From: Candidatus Multivoradales bacterium
Lineage (GTDB): Bacteria > Acidobacteriota > Thermoanaerobaculia > Multivoradales > J023
Direction: 5' to 3'
DNA: 64,000 nt
NCBI GenBank assembly: GCA_965248925.1
Contig: CBDFLE010000005.1
Location: 800,001-864,000 of the forward strand
The position numbers and the translations under genes were made by a program. The notes beneath the pieces are model-generated. The model worked only from the letters and a program-made list of their open reading frames with translations, ran no database searches and had not been told where the DNA came from. Of the stretch, positions 29,799 to 39,865 are shown one piece after another; the stretch's first letter is position 1; every line of letters begins with the position of its first letter.

Positions 29799-29828
29799 AA
29801 TGCACCTCCCTTTGATAACAAGCAACAA

Positions 29829-30659
29829 TCATTCTACGAACCGTACCTGAAACATCCAAGGCCAATGCTTGCCAGTGATCCAGAAAGATTCACTACTCGG
29901 GTCCCAGGCGATGCCGTTGAGCACTTCGGCATGCCGAAGTTCGGCCGCGGTGAGCAGGCCGGAGGCGTCGATCACCGCGGTAATCGCGCCGCTGATAGGA
30001 TCAATTTCAACTATTTCGTCACGATACCAGAGGTTGGCATAGAGCCTGCCGTCGACGTATTCCAGCTCGTTGAGCTGGTTCTGTGGCCGCCCTTGCAAGG
30101 TGACTGGTAACTGGCTGAGCAAGGTGAAGTCGTCGACATCGCGAAAGCTCAGCAGATCGCTGCCGTCGCTCATCACCAGCTTTTCGCCGTCATGGGCTAG
30201 GCCCCAGCCCTCGCCACGATAGCTCAGCCGGTCAACCTCCGCCAAAGTCTCAAGATCACTGACCAGCAAGACACCAGACTTCCAAGTCAGTTGATAGAGA
30301 CGGCTACCGACCCGCGCCAAGCCCTCGGCGAAGAAATGTCGCGGCAGCTTGCGCCGCGCCAACACCTCGCCACTGGTCGGATCGCTGCGCCGTAGCTGAG
30401 AGAGTCCATAGTTGCCGCAGCTCTCTAACAACTGCCCCTGGTGCCACACCAAACCCTGAGTGTAGGCGTCGGAGGGATGCGGATACTTGGCGATGACCTC
30501 TAGATGTAGCCGCAGCGGCTCGACCACCGGGGTGGCAGCTGAGGGCTCTACCAAGTGCTCCCGCCCACTCACTTGCGCCGCAGCGTTGGCGACACTCTGG
30601 CCGCCGCAAGCGATGACTAGCAGCGCCAAGATTGCTGCCGGCAGCAAATATGCTCCCAT
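29829..30659 (-). CDS. Glutaminyl-peptide cyclotransferase (lipoprotein)
   Basis: YTQGL, FAEGL, GEGWGL, LNELE, VLNGIA, TGK.W; lipobox VIAC. Confidence 0.93.
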   Translation of the reverse strand: MGAYLLPAAILALLVIACGGQSVANAAAQVSGREHLVEPSAATPVVEPLRLHLEVIAKYPHPSDAYTQGLVWHQGQLLESCGNYGLSQLRRSDPTSGEVLARRKLPRHFFAEGLARVGSRLYQLTWKSGVLLVSDLETLAEVDRLSYRGEGWGLAHDGEKLVMSDGSDLLSFRDVDDFTLLSQLPVTLQGRPQNQLNELEYVDGRLYANLWYRDEIVEIDPISGAITAVIDASGLLTAAELRHAEVLNGIAWDPSSESFWITGKHWPWMFQVRFVE

Positions 30660-32617
30660 CAGCCCTGCTGCTCCCGACGACCCGTGGCTAAACGCCAGAA
30701 GCCGAAGATCAAGCCGGCGAACACCAACGCCCCGAACCCGTAGCTAAAAGTCCCCGCCCAGGAGCTTCCCAAGCCCGCCCAAGCCCTACCCGAGACCCCC
30801 GCCGCGACGGCGATCAAGACTCCCAACAGACCTTCTCCTCCGACCAAGCCCGAGCCAAAGAGCACCCCGCGCTCGCGCCGCGCGGTCCGCTCGTCGTCAT
30901 CCGTGGCAGTCGACTCCGCGAATTTCCGCAACAAGCCACCGAGATAGACCGGCACCATCGTCGCCACCGGCAAGTAGACACCGACCGCAAACGGCAGGCT
31001 CGGAATCCCCAACAGTTCGACGATCAACGCCAAGGCGATGCCGATGCCGACCAACCCCCAGGGCAGATTCGCCTCGAGCACACCTTCGATCACTACTTTC
31101 ATCAGCGTCGCCTGCGGCGCTGGCAGGTCGATACCGCCAAAGCCATAGACCTTGTCGAGGGTGATAACCGTCATGCAGACCGCGGCGGCGCTGCTCAACA
31201 CCCCCACTAACTCGCCAATCTGCTGTCGCCTGGGAGTCGCTCCAAGCAAGAACCCGGTCTTCAGGTCCTGCGAGGTATCGCCCGCAATCGAAGCGGCAAT
31301 CGCCACCACACAGCCGATGGTCAGCGCCGCTACCTTGCCGGTGTCACCGGTCCAACCGAGCAGCAGAAAGATCGACGAGGTGGCCAACAACGTAGCAATG
31401 GTCATGCCGCTGGTGGGATTGGAAGTCACTCCTACCAGTCCAACGATGCGCGAAGACACGGTGACGAAGAAGAAAGCAAAGATCACCACCAACACCGCCG
31501 CCAAGGCACGACCGAGCAGATTGTCGATGCTCGAGAAAATCAACGGCACCAGAGCCAACACCAGAGCAATCAGCACCGCCCCCACTCCAACCACCGACAG
31601 CGGCAGATCGGTCTCCGTCCGTGGCAGCTCCTCGGCCGCCTCTCCGCGCAGCCGAGAACGCAACTGCTGGCCGCCGATCTTGAAACTCTCGATCATCATC
31701 GGCAGGCTCTTGAGCAAGGTCAGTAGGCCAGCGCAGGCTACTGCTCCAGCGCCGATGTAGCGCACATAGCGGGTCCAGATGATCTTCGGAGCCATGTCTC
31801 CGATCAACAGCTCGGTTTCGGGAAAAAGAGGCATGGGGCGCCCTTCGCCGAACACCGCGATGGCTGGAATCAGCACCAGCCATGAGAGCAATCCGCCGCC
31901 GACCATGATTGCCGCGGTGCGCGGCCCGAGGATGTAGCCAACGCCGAGTAAGGCGGCCGAGATCTCGGTCGAGAGCTGCCCCTTCTTGAGCAAGGGCAGG
32001 TTGATTTGCAGATGATCTGGCAGCAGCTTCAGCCAACCGAAAGCCAGTCTGAACAAAGCTCCGGCCGCCAGGCCAAAGAAGACAAAACGCGACCGATCGC
32101 CCCCTTCTTCACTGGCCACCAAAACCTCAGCACAAGCGGTGCCTTCCGGGTAGGGTAAATGACCATGCTGGCCAGCGATCAGGTAACGCCGCAAGGGGAT
32201 CATGAAAAGTACGCCGAGCAGGCCGCCGCACATTGCTAGCAAGGTCATCTGCAACAGCGACGGCGCCACCCCCCAGAGAAAGAGGGCCGGCAAGGTGAAG
32301 ATCACTCCACTAGCCACCGAACTCGACGCCGAGCCAATGGTCTGAGAAAGATTTGCTTCGAGCAAAGAGCCGCCCAGCAGCTTGAAGACCGCCACGGTCA
32401 TCACCGCCACCGGAATCGAGGTTGAGATAGTCAGCCCGACCTTGAGTCCAAGAAAGGCGTTAGCGGCGCCAAAAAGAACGCCAAAAATCATCCCCGCCAG
32501 CACCGACTTGAGGGTGACTTCCGCCGGATTGCTAGTTGGCGACACGTAGGGCTCGTAACTGCCCCCTGGTGGGATCGGCTCATAGGCCTGATTCGACAAG
32601 CCCTGCTGCTTCTTCAT
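30659..32617 (-). CDS. OPT family oligopeptide transporter
   Basis: LGLKVGLTI..SIP, PYPEG.ACAEVL, NP.SGMTIAT, QDLKTG.LLGATP, APQATLM. Confidence 0.95.
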   Translation of the reverse strand: MKKQQGLSNQAYEPIPPGGSYEPYVSPTSNPAEVTLKSVLAGMIFGVLFGAANAFLGLKVGLTISTSIPVAVMTVAVFKLLGGSLLEANLSQTIGSASSSVASGVIFTLPALFLWGVAPSLLQMTLLAMCGGLLGVLFMIPLRRYLIAGQHGHLPYPEGTACAEVLVASEEGGDRSRFVFFGLAAGALFRLAFGWLKLLPDHLQINLPLLKKGQLSTEISAALLGVGYILGPRTAAIMVGGGLLSWLVLIPAIAVFGEGRPMPLFPETELLIGDMAPKIIWTRYVRYIGAGAVACAGLLTLLKSLPMMIESFKIGGQQLRSRLRGEAAEELPRTETDLPLSVVGVGAVLIALVLALVPLIFSSIDNLLGRALAAVLVVIFAFFFVTVSSRIVGLVGVTSNPTSGMTIATLLATSSIFLLLGWTGDTGKVAALTIGCVVAIAASIAGDTSQDLKTGFLLGATPRRQQIGELVGVLSSAAAVCMTVITLDKVYGFGGIDLPAPQATLMKVVIEGVLEANLPWGLVGIGIALALIVELLGIPSLPFAVGVYLPVATMVPVYLGGLLRKFAESTATDDDERTARRERGVLFGSGLVGGEGLLGVLIAVAAGVSGRAWAGLGSSWAGTFSYGFGALVFAGLIFGFWRLATGRREQQG

Positions 32618-35238
32618 CGCTCGCTTCCCCATCGTGATTGGTAGATCGGCGGCGGACCGTAGAGGTCGTCCATCGCACAATTTGCTGGCGGTAGGCTGCT
32701 CGCCCCGCCGCTGCCGCCGATCGGACTGCCCGGGGGCGGCGCCAAAACCTGGCGGGCCGCTAGCGGCGCCGCATACTGACGGTTCAAGAACCGCAGCAAG
32801 CGCTGCTGCAGCACCTCGGCCCGTGGATCGTCGTCCACATCCGCCAGCCGCCGGGCCAACTTGTCGAGCGCCCATTCCGACCAGTCGCGCACCGCTGGCA
32901 AGGCTTCCTCATCAGCGGCTAGACGCAGTAGGTTCTCGCCCACCACTGCCCGCACCACCCGCCGCAGCTCCATCCAGCCTTGCGGCTCCGCCGTCGACTG
33001 TCGAGACACCAGAGCTTGATCGAGTAAGGCCAAGAGGATCTCTCGCGGACTGGGAAGTTGGCTGTCGCGGCGGTGGAACTCGATCACTCGAGCAAAGCGT
33101 TCGCGCTGCAAGATCGAACCGACAATCTGATCCGCCAGCGACTCGGTGGCACTCAATAGATCGAAGGCGGGGGCCGCGCGGCTGGCGAACATCTCACGAT
33201 TGCGCCCCTGGCCATAAGGACGCGGCGCCAACAGGTCTAGCACCTCATTGTTCACCGTCAGCTGCTCTGCATCGAGCTCGTGCAGCAGGCTGTCGAGAGC
33301 CAGACGTTGACGACGCCCATCGACTATCTCGGTCGGCTGTTGACCATCTCCCGCCAAGGCGTAGTGATACTCCATGCCGCCGATCACCTTGGCGGCGGCG
33401 GCGAGCTGGTAGCGGTGGTGAAAATAAACTGGTGCCAGCACCTCTTGCAGCTCGGCCAGGGGGCGACCGGGGTGTAGATTGTCGATGCCGAAGCCGCGCA
33501 GGGCATGGCCGCGGTTGGCACTGACGTTAGCCAGTTCGGCCACCGGATCTTCGCCGTTGTCCCACAGATTGGCGCGCGGATCCGCGGCCCCCGCCGGCCG
33601 TGCGTCGGCATCGCTGAGCAACAGCAAGCCGCCGGCGACCGCCCGCTCTACCATTTGCCGCAGCTCGCTGGCCCGGTTGCTGGTCGGCGCCAGTTGACGG
33701 TAGGCATAGGAGATGGCGAAGTCGTCCCAAGCGCCGACCCCCACACCATAAGCCCGAGACACATCGAGCACCCCAGCGGCGGTCAGCCGCATTGCTGGCG
33801 CCGGATAGTCCATCACCGAAGCTCGGCCGCCATAAGTCGAAGCGGCGAAATTATGGGTCAGCCCCAAGGTATGTCCCACCTCGTGAGCGGCCAGCTGACG
33901 AATTCGCGCCAGAGCCAGCTCGATCGGGTCGCGGTCACTGCCCGAGCCGGTTTCAGCCACTCCGAGTATGCCTTCAAAAAGTAGAATGTCTTGGCGTACC
34001 CGTAACGAACCCAGGCTGACATGGCCTTTGATGATCTCACCTGTGCGCGGGTCGTAGATCGAACTGCCATACGACCAACCACGGGTGGCGCGATGCACCC
34101 ACTGGATGACGTTGTAGCGCACATCCAGCGGATGGGCATCGGCGGGCAGCAGCTCGACTCTGAAGGCATCGACAAAACCAGCCTTGGCAAAGGCCGTAGA
34201 CCACCAGCGAGCGCCGTCGAGCAGCGCCGAGCGCACCGGCTCCGGTGCCCCCCGGTCAACGTAGTAGACAATCGGCTGGCGCACCGGCGAAGACTCGGCG
34301 CTGGCATCGGTCTTCTCCAACCGGTGGCGGATCAAGGTGCGTCGCAGGAGAGGTTGGTCGAGGCCAGTCGCGTAGTCAACCACCTCCAAGGCGTAGACCC
34401 CGGCCCGTGGATCGAAGGGCCGCTGCTCAAAACCCGCGGGCGGCAGGCGGACCAGCGATTGATGTTGCACCAAGGTGATGGACTTGGCCGCCGGAGTGGT
34501 GGCGATCACCTGTGCGCCGGGGCCGTCTTCATCCAGGCCAAAGGTGAGCACGGCCTCGAATTCCAGGTTGTCGGGAAAAGCTAGGCAGGCGGCCAGGTCG
34601 ACGGCGCTGCGCTGCGCATCGAGTAAGTACTCCCCTTGGCCGCTGTCGAACAGGGTATCGACGACGCCGTGCGCATCGCGCAGCAGGAAGGGCGTCAAAT
34701 CGATCAGTTGTCGACCATTGCCAGCTTCGGCGGCGACTTCAGCAGCCCAAATCACTGAACTAGCGAAAGACTGGCGGGTGGCGTTGCGCTCGTCGGCCGA
34801 GTCGCTCAACGCCTGGAAGCGCAGATTGGGCTGCTCGAATAGGATGCGCCCACCCACCCGTCGCAGCACCAGCAAACGCGACTCCCCCATCTGGCCGCGA
34901 TCAAGCCCCACCGGATTCGAGCCCAGGCCGGTCAACAGCCCTTCCAGGTGGATCAATCTCAACACTTCGCCATCGGCCGCGGGCGCCGGCAACTCGAGCC
35001 AGACCTTGCCATGGCGGCGATCGAGATGAAGGCCGAGCAGGCCGGAGCGCCGTTCGAGGCCCTCGAGAATCTCGGAATAGGCGTCCGCCGCAGCTACTGG
35101 GGGTTGTTTCTTGGCCACCGCGAGGGCGGCGAACAGCAAGAATGAGAGCCCGACGAGCAGCCCAGCCAACTGGTTGATGGAGAGGCCAAGACGGCCTCGA
35201 TCTGCCTGGCGTAGTAGTGAGAAAAGGACCTTCGGCAA
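32614..35238 (-). CDS. Secreted zinc metalloprotease (DUF5117/DUF4953-like)
   Basis: HEVGHTLGLTHNF, Met-turn SVMDY, DPRTGEIIKG. Confidence 0.9.
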   Translation of the reverse strand: MPKVLFSLLRQADRGRLGLSINQLAGLLVGLSFLLFAALAVAKKQPPVAAADAYSEILEGLERRSGLLGLHLDRRHGKVWLELPAPAADGEVLRLIHLEGLLTGLGSNPVGLDRGQMGESRLLVLRRVGGRILFEQPNLRFQALSDSADERNATRQSFASSVIWAAEVAAEAGNGRQLIDLTPFLLRDAHGVVDTLFDSGQGEYLLDAQRSAVDLAACLAFPDNLEFEAVLTFGLDEDGPGAQVIATTPAAKSITLVQHQSLVRLPPAGFEQRPFDPRAGVYALEVVDYATGLDQPLLRRTLIRHRLEKTDASAESSPVRQPIVYYVDRGAPEPVRSALLDGARWWSTAFAKAGFVDAFRVELLPADAHPLDVRYNVIQWVHRATRGWSYGSSIYDPRTGEIIKGHVSLGSLRVRQDILLFEGILGVAETGSGSDRDPIELALARIRQLAAHEVGHTLGLTHNFAASTYGGRASVMDYPAPAMRLTAAGVLDVSRAYGVGVGAWDDFAISYAYRQLAPTSNRASELRQMVERAVAGGLLLLSDADARPAGAADPRANLWDNGEDPVAELANVSANRGHALRGFGIDNLHPGRPLAELQEVLAPVYFHHRYQLAAAAKVIGGMEYHYALAGDGQQPTEIVDGRRQRLALDSLLHELDAEQLTVNNEVLDLLAPRPYGQGRNREMFASRAAPAFDLLSATESLADQIVGSILQRERFARVIEFHRRDSQLPSPREILLALLDQALVSRQSTAEPQGWMELRRVVRAVVGENLLRLAADEEALPAVRDWSEWALDKLARRLADVDDDPRAEVLQQRLLRFLNRQYAAPLAARQVLAPPPGSPIGGSGGASSLPPANCAMDDLYGPPPIYQSRWGSER

Positions 35239-35430
35239 CGAAGTCTCCCCAGGGGTTCAGCATTCACGAGCTCAGCTCGGGTGGGTTGGAAGGACGAGAG
35301 CCGGGCCGATCTTAGCATTCAGCTGATGAGCCTCCGGTGGCTCTCTGATAGCTTCGGCGGGCATCCACTATCCTCAGTCATCCAACCACCGAATTCCTCT
35401 GGAATCGGTTTCGCCGTGGAGATCTCGCCC

Positions 35431-37071
35431 GTGTTCGCCAACCGCTCCCTATTGCTTCGCACCAGCCTCGCGCTAGTCATGCTCTCGACAGTCTTGGGCT
35501 GCATCCTGCCCCTGGCCGCGCAGACTGAGGGCACCCCCGAGTCCGCGGCCGTCTACAGCGTGCCCGCTGAGCACGCTTCGGCGCGAGCCACCATGCAAAC
35601 TTTCTTGCAGTCCTTCGAATCCAGCCTCGCCGGCTCCGGCGGCGATTCCTTCAGTGAGGCCGCCGACTGTCTCGACTTGACGCAGATTCCGCGCTTGATC
35701 CGCGCCACCAAAGGGGCCGAGCTAGCGGTGAGCCTCAAGGAAATTATCGACCGCGTTGAGGTGATCGATTTCAAGCAGATCTCAGATGCCGCCAGCGCCC
35801 CCCCTTACCGCCTGCCGGTTTTCAATCACGGCGACATTGTGATCTCCGCCAATAGCCGCGGCGAATGGCGTTTCGACAGCGCCACCGTCGAGGCGATTCC
35901 AGGTCTCCTGGACGCCACCCAGGAGCGTGCCAAGGTGGAGGGCATCGTCGAGGTCGATCGGCTACCGCTGTCGATGCAGATCCGCGCCGCCGTGCCGAGC
36001 AAGCTGCGTGCCTCATTCCTAACCCTGGAACTCTGGCAGTGGATCGGCCTCGCCAGCCTGCTGGTACTCGGCTGGCTGGCAGATATCGTTGTCGTGGCGA
36101 TCTTCCGTGTGCTGCTTCGTCGGCGGCTGTTACAAGCAGCCTTCGTGGTCGAGCCGGGGCGCCTGGCCAAGGTGCTGCGACCGGTGGGGTTGGTGGCCTT
36201 GGCGCTGGTCTGGGGCGCCGGCATCCACGCCCTGGGCCTACCCACGGGCCTGGCGCTGGTGCTCAGCAGAGCGGCGCGACTAATACTCACCGTCAGCATC
36301 GTCTGGGCGCTCTACAAGGCCATCGATCTAGCCACCGCGCTCTACGCGCCGCGGGCCTCGGAGACCGACAGCAAACTCGACGACCTGCTGCTGCCGCTGC
36401 TGCGCAAGACCTTCAAGATGGCGGTTTTCGCTTTCGGCTTGGTGTTCATTGCCGACAGCCTCAATCTGCCGATCACCAGCCTGGTGGCCGGCCTCGGCAT
36501 CGGCGGCTTGGCCTTGGCCTTGGCGGCCAAAGACACGGTGGAGAACTTCTTCGGCTCCTTGACGGTGATGATCGACAAACCCTTCCAGGTTGGCGATTCG
36601 GTCAAGATCGACGGTATTTCTGGCACGGTCACCGAAGTCGGCTTTCGCAGCACCCGCATCCGCACCTTCTACGATTCCTACCTGACCTTGCCCAACTCCA
36701 AGCTGATCAACGCCGCCGTCGACAACATGGGCGAGCGCCGCTTCCGCCGCTGGAGCACCTCCATCGGCCTGGCCTACGACACCTCGGCCGACCAGATTGA
36801 TGCTTTCTGCGCCGGCGTCCGCCAGCTTGTCCTCGACCACCCGGCCACCCGCAAAGACGGTTTCCAGGTTGCCTTTAAAGACTTCGGCCCCTCCTCCATC
36901 GACATCATGCTCTACATCTTCTTCACCGTCCCCGGCTGGGCCCAAGAACTCGAAGGGCGCCAGCAGCTGGCTCTCGATATCCTGCGCTTGGCGGAAAAGA
37001 TGGAGATCGAAATCGCCTTTCCGACGACGACGGTACACCTGCGGCGGGAGGAGGGAGGGGACTCGCCATAG
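35431..37071 (+). CDS. MscS family mechanosensitive channel with periplasmic N-domain (start uncertain)
   Basis: GLGIGGLALALAAKDT..NFFG, PF.VGD, GFRSTRIRT, IAFPT. Confidence 0.93.
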   Translation: MFANRSLLLRTSLALVMLSTVLGCILPLAAQTEGTPESAAVYSVPAEHASARATMQTFLQSFESSLAGSGGDSFSEAADCLDLTQIPRLIRATKGAELAVSLKEIIDRVEVIDFKQISDAASAPPYRLPVFNHGDIVISANSRGEWRFDSATVEAIPGLLDATQERAKVEGIVEVDRLPLSMQIRAAVPSKLRASFLTLELWQWIGLASLLVLGWLADIVVVAIFRVLLRRRLLQAAFVVEPGRLAKVLRPVGLVALALVWGAGIHALGLPTGLALVLSRAARLILTVSIVWALYKAIDLATALYAPRASETDSKLDDLLLPLLRKTFKMAVFAFGLVFIADSLNLPITSLVAGLGIGGLALALAAKDTVENFFGSLTVMIDKPFQVGDSVKIDGISGTVTEVGFRSTRIRTFYDSYLTLPNSKLINAAVDNMGERRFRRWSTSIGLAYDTSADQIDAFCAGVRQLVLDHPATRKDGFQVAFKDFGPSSIDIMLYIFFTVPGWAQELEGRQQLALDILRLAEKMEIEIAFPTTTVHLRREEGGDSP

Positions 37072-37072
37072 C

Positions 37073-37545
37073 GTGAAACTACGCCTTGTCTCGACTGCCG
37101 CTGTTCTGGCGCTCATTGGCGTGAGGGTCGCCCTGTTTTATAACGTGCCGAGTGGCCCGGACGAGCCCGTCGAGTCGGGTGACTTCCGGTTTGACCCCGA
37201 TCCAGGGCACGTCTTGCTGTCGGTGAAGCAGATCGGTAGCACGGTGGTTCGGCCTCCAGCTTGTTCGCTGATGATCGCCTGGTGATCGGGAAGATCGATC
37301 GTCGCGGCGTGCCAACGGGCTCTACTTCGGAGATTGCTCTGTCGACCGAGCAGGCCGTGGAGTTGGCCGGCCTGGCGGTCGACGGCGGCCTGATGGAATG
37401 GCATCTCAATCAAGTCGAGATCTCCATTGACTCGCCAACCTCGCGGCCAAACGCGAGTGCCGAGGTTCAAGCACTTGCTGAAATTGTGCGCGAGCTGCGC
37501 CACTATCAGCGAGAGGCCAGGCGACGAGCAGCCCGAGAAGGATAG
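37073..37545 (+). pseudogene. Frameshifted paralog of the 44855-45436 secreted protein
   Basis: Frame 1 DEPVESGDFRFDPDPGHVL, frame 2 LFAD...GLAVDG.LM...EVQAL both align to the 44855 product; shift near 37255. Confidence 0.7.
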
Positions 37546-37706
37546 CTCCACTAGCCAGTTTCGGCCAGCAACCCTTTGCACAGCGCACCCACAGCGATAC
37601 GGGCAGCTCTTTCTTCGAGAGTGACTCGCCTGGTTACCTGGATATACCGAGACAAGGAGAGCGAGCGGGGTAGTGCCTCCCGTAACTAGCTGATTATAAA
37701 GATAAC

Positions 37707-37759
37707 GCCGGAGATGGGACTCGAACCCACATGCCTTGCGGCGGCGGATTTTAAGTCCG
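37707..37759 (-). repeat. att site: 53-bp duplicate of tRNA-Leu 3' part
   Basis: Identical to 48435-48487. Confidence 0.95.
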
Positions 37760-37886
37760 GCTACCTCGACTTCGCGTAGCTACGGCACGCTACGCGAAGT
37801 CTCCATAAGCCTCTTACTTCTAGCAGTTACCGCTTCTCCCGTGCTATGCTCGTCTGCGACATGCTACCCGCCACCGCGCCACTTCC

Positions 37887-37905
37887 TGGTTACTTGGTGG
37901 TTACT
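37887..37905 (+). repeat. Tandem TGGTTACT, putative integrase arm-type sites (left)
   Basis: Two copies at 11-bp period, same as 48350-48368. Confidence 0.7.
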
Positions 37906-37916
37906 CGGGAGAAGGC

Positions 37917-39089
37917 ATGCGACTGACCAAGCGAGCAATCGACGCGGCGACCTTCGAGGGCGGCACCGACTACCGATGGGATGACGCCCTGCCTGGCTTC
38001 GGACTTAGGCTCTACCCGAGCGGCAAGAAGTCCTTTGCGGTGGCCTACCGCGTGAAGGGGCGGAAGCGAATCATGATCCTCGGATCGTATGGCGCGCTCA
38101 CCCTGAACCAGGCGCGCGACCGGGCCAAGCGTGTCCTCGCTGATGCGCTCGACGGCACCGACACCGCCGAAGCTCGCCACGCGGTCTTTGCAGCTTCCAC
38201 CGTTGCCGACCTCGCCGACCGTTATCTCCGCGAGCACGCCATTCCCAAGAAGAAGCCGTCCAGTGTGAAGAGCGACACGCAATTGCTCACCAACCACATC
38301 CTGCCGGCGTTCGGTGCTCGCAGGGTTAGCGAAGTCACGCGCCCCGATGTTGTGGCGCTCCATACAAAGGTGGGGACGACCGCCCCAGGAGCAGCGAACC
38401 GAGTGATCGCTGTTGTCTCGAAGATGTTCAATCTCGCCGAGATCTGGGAACTGCGGCCAGATGGCTCCAACCCTTGCCGCCACGTCAAGCGCTTCAAAGA
38501 GCGCAAGCTCGATCGATACCTCTCGGGTGCTGAGCTAGCCACGCTCGGCCAGGTGCTCACCGAGACCGAGCAAGCGCAAACCGAACACCCGTCCGTGATC
38601 GCCGCTATCCGGCTTCTCCTCTTCACCGGCTGTCGGGTCGGAGAGATCCTCTCGCTCAGGTGGCAGGACGTGGACTTCGATCGCCACTACCTCCACCTGC
38701 CCGACTCGAAGACCGGCCGCAAGACGATCTACCTCAACCCGCCGGCTCTCTCGGTGCTCGCCGACCTGGAACGTGTCGAGGGTAATCCCTACATCCTGCC
38801 TGGCCGCAAAGTCGGGCATCACTTCGTCAGCATCAATGACCCGTGGGGCCGAATCCGCACGATCGCCGGCCTCGAAGAGGTCCGGCTACATGATCTGCGG
38901 CACACGTTCGCGAGCATGGGTGTTGCCGCTGGCTTCTCCCTGCCGATCATCGGCAAGATGCTCGGGCACACCCAAGCGGTGACGACTGAGCGATACGCGC
39001 ACTTGGCGGCTGACCCGATTCGGCGGGCGGTGGATGGGGTGGGTGGGGAGATTGCGGCGGCGTTGGGGGCGGTAGCTGGTCAGCCCTGA
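37917..39089 (+). CDS. Tyrosine recombinase/integrase with arm-binding N-domain
   Basis: WD..LPGFGLR; catalytic R (TGCR), K (SKTG), HDLRH, LGH, RYAH all intact. Confidence 0.96.
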   Translation: MRLTKRAIDAATFEGGTDYRWDDALPGFGLRLYPSGKKSFAVAYRVKGRKRIMILGSYGALTLNQARDRAKRVLADALDGTDTAEARHAVFAASTVADLADRYLREHAIPKKKPSSVKSDTQLLTNHILPAFGARRVSEVTRPDVVALHTKVGTTAPGAANRVIAVVSKMFNLAEIWELRPDGSNPCRHVKRFKERKLDRYLSGAELATLGQVLTETEQAQTEHPSVIAAIRLLLFTGCRVGEILSLRWQDVDFDRHYLHLPDSKTGRKTIYLNPPALSVLADLERVEGNPYILPGRKVGHHFVSINDPWGRIRTIAGLEEVRLHDLRHTFASMGVAAGFSLPIIGKMLGHTQAVTTERYAHLAADPIRRAVDGVGGEIAAALGAVAGQP

Positions 39090-39865
39090 CCCCCAGCTGC
39101 ACATTTCTCACGCCACGAGACTTCCGGATCAGGCGGCACAGTTACTTCACAGCTGTATTTACCCGCATCGAGCCGGAAGACCGTTGTCTTGCCTGGATGG
39201 CGTTGACAGGCGATCTCGCGGCTCGAGAAGGCAAGCGTCGAGCCCCGCCGCCACGGCTCGCTACAGGTGGCGCCCTCGACTTTCAACTCCTCCCGCAATC
39301 TGATCCTGAGATCAAAGAAAACGTCGGAGAACCACCGTGCACCAAATACAATCTCCCCGCCGTCGCCTGGGATCGCAGTGCAGGCAAGGAGTCGCGTCCC
39401 GCCGCTGTGCCAGAACTGGCGAAAATATCGCATGCAGGTTTGCCACGGCCAGAGTAAATCCGTCGGCGTCTGAGCATACGCTTCCTGCCATACAGGAAGC
39501 CACTCCTCGGATCCAACCAACGATTCCTGGCTCTCGCAATGCACTCCCCGCCACCGATCCGCGCGGGCCTGATCGACGATATACTCCCTACCCCTACCGC
39601 CCAGCACCGTCTGATCGTAGACAACTGTTCCTTCTCCGATTCCCAAGTGCCGCAGGTCCGAGCCCGTCTGGGGGTCGACTCGGCAGAGCGCCTTCTCGAC
39701 TGCTTCAGCCATCTCGGGGAAGCATGCCAGCGTTTCTGTTGTAAAGATGCCCTGACGACTCGTTTCGAGACACGCGGCAAAGGACGGGCTCGGCCTTGGC
39801 ATGCTTGCGCACGCCACAAGACCGAGCAGCGGGATGATGTGCAGTAGCTTCGCGACTCTCAGCAT
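39080..39865 (-). CDS. Hypothetical Cys-containing lipoprotein
   Basis: Lipobox LVAC; start overlaps stop of upstream PLA2-like gene. Confidence 0.7.
   Translation of the reverse strand: MLRVAKLLHIIPLLGLVACASMPRPSPSFAACLETSRQGIFTTETLACFPEMAEAVEKALCRVDPQTGSDLRHLGIGEGTVVYDQTVLGGRGREYIVDQARADRWRGVHCESQESLVGSEEWLPVWQEAYAQTPTDLLWPWQTCMRYFRQFWHSGGTRLLACTAIPGDGGEIVFGARWFSDVFFDLRIRLREELKVEGATCSEPWRRGSTLAFSSREIACQRHPGKTTVFRLDAGKYSCEVTVPPDPEVSWREKCAAGGQG

Noticed and set aside
37707-37759. Second tRNA-Leu gene
   Set aside because: Lacks the 5' acceptor strand and D arm; it is the att duplicate.
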